Shown here: positions 62,357-64,000 of the stretch, piece after piece
Numbering within the stretch: the first letter of the stretch is position 1
How the letters are laid out: every line of letters starts with the position of its first letter
Assembly: GCA_964276515.1 (NCBI GenBank)
Contig: OZ193909.1
Location: forward strand, 6,882,001 to 6,946,000
Length of the DNA stretch: 64,000 nucleotides
Direction: 5' to 3'
Origin: Gordius albopunctatus
Taxonomy: Eukaryota
Notes under the pieces: model-generated
The model's input: the letters and a program-made list of their open reading frames with translations, nothing else
What the model was told of the DNA's origin: nothing
The model's database searches: none
Program-made: the position numbers and the translations under genes

Positions 62357-64000
62357 CTAGCTGAGCCCGGCCAAGCGTTGCTTTGGCATAGTCCCGAATT
62401 AGTTAAATAATTAGTAAAAATTAATTTGTAAGAGAGTTTATGATGTTAAAAAATATAATATATATTATGTAAATATATATTATATAGTTTAATAATAGAA
62501 AAGGTATATTTATTAATGATTCACACACGGTTTAAATATTTATTAGATATTTTATAATTTTATAGGTTAAAAAGTGCGATGTTTAGTTATAATATGCATA
62601 ATTGGGTGACAAAAAATTATAAACCACTGGTATAAAAGTCACTGATAATGTTCGACAATGTAGAAAAAATTTTGAGTACAGCGTATATAATAATGTAATG
62701 TCATCATACCCTAAAATCTAGAGTATCTAAATGAGGTGATATTAGAAAACCATTGGCGCCGCCATGTTATTATTCCCCCCACTATGACCGTCGTTGTATG
62801 TCCTTGTTACAATGCTATAAAATTTTCTGGAGAAAAGAACGGCATGTGTTGCGCGTCTGGAAAAGTCAAACTATCTATACTTGGAGAAACCCCCAGTCAT
62901 TAAAATCTCTCCTTGCTGGTTATACTGCGGATTCTAGACATTTATCTAACATTAGGAAATACAACTCCAGCTTCCAAATGACGTGTTTGGCGCAGATATT
63001 ATTACAACACAATTCATGCCAGCCTTTAAAGTAAAAGGCCAAATTTACCACAAAGCCGGGTCCCTCCTTCGAATACCAGATAGGCAACATAAGTTCTTAC
63101 AAATGCACTTTATCGGGGATAATGAGATTGGATTAAATGCACGCCTTGGAATTTCTACTGGTGTAAAAAGGTCTATCGTTTTACAACTTCAGACGCTTCT
63201 TCACGCTAAAAATAATTTAGTGCGCATTTTAAATATGATTTTCTTCGTGCTCTCGAAGCATTATTCTGTATGAATAATAGCTCATATAACTGCATTTCAA
63301 GTTTGTCGGTTAACCATTGTCTGCATTTATCAACTTACCGTTAAAGTAATCTTTTTATTATTTTAATATTAATAACCGAATTTCATAAAAGTAGCAAAAA
63401 GGCGAAAGTTTTACCAATTCCTCCTCAAGCATACAAGAAGACTTTTCCTTAACCTTTATTAACAGCAAGCAAAATCTTATTATAAAGGGGAGCGAAAACG
63501 TTTTAAGTTCAATTATGATGGGTGGGGGGGGCAAAATAAAATCTGTTTGAATTTTTAAGTGTTTTTGCATTGAATTTTTTTTGTCATTCAAGGGGGGGGG
63601 GCATAAACCCAAGAGCTATCTACCTAGACTATTGCGTTACGCAGGTGAATGGTTGCCACGCTACCACCATCCTCTGTTGATCTTATTTTTTATAAAGGAT
63701 ACCCATCACTGCCCCTAATCTAACTAATGTAGAGCAGACGTTCCGATTCAATTATGGCTCACATATTACATTGATGGAATAATTGCCGGCATTTTAAATA
63801 TGATTTTCTTCGCGCTCCCGAAGCATTATTCTGTATGAATAATCATATAACTGCATTTCAAGTTTGTCGGTTAATCATTGTCTGCATTTATCAACTTAGC
63901 GTTAAAGTAAGTAAAAATAGCAAAAAAGCACGAAACGTGGGAATGTTTCTGACAGCGCGTTATATTTATTTAAGTATATGATGATGTATTACGGTATCTA
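62357..64000 (-). mobile_element. Helitron family A copy with Rep N-terminal fragments, running off the window
   Basis: 3' hairpin+CTAG at 62357; family 5' region at ~63915-64000; two YSYRIMLRE fragments on minus; GMCCASGKVKL / NIRKYNSSFQMT / KGQIYHKAGSLL fragment on plus (62760-63225). Confidence 0.88.

Overview
AT-rich, transposon-dense genomic DNA from an invertebrate animal; the species cannot be determined from this window. Four host genes can be read. (1) RNASEK (V-ATPase subunit f), minus strand, 2392-2712, missed by the ORF track. (2) PLEKHF2/Phafin2 (PH+FYVE), minus strand, about 8484-14506, including an anomalous ~66% GC exon that encodes the poly-Asp tail. (3) and (4) The cholinergic gene locus: an intronless, unusually long (747 aa) VAChT ORF at 36383-38626, followed on the same strand by a 14-exon choline acetyltransferase at about 39860-48938. 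The remainder is nested mobile DNA: a Gypsy LTR remnant, two Helitron families, DINE-1/HINE-like elements, CRE-clade and RTE non-LTR retrotransposons, hAT and MULE remnants, and several MITEs. Highlights: an expanded VAChT lumenal loop with prohormone-like cleavage and amidation motifs; the GC-island Phafin2 exon with possible alternative C-termini; ~36-nt introns; a Helitron family with swappable cargo, a CTCF-like motif and a precise head-to-tail junction; and a perfect COE/UNC-3 site upstream of the cholinergic locus. All exon structures were assembled by hand and need RNA confirmation.
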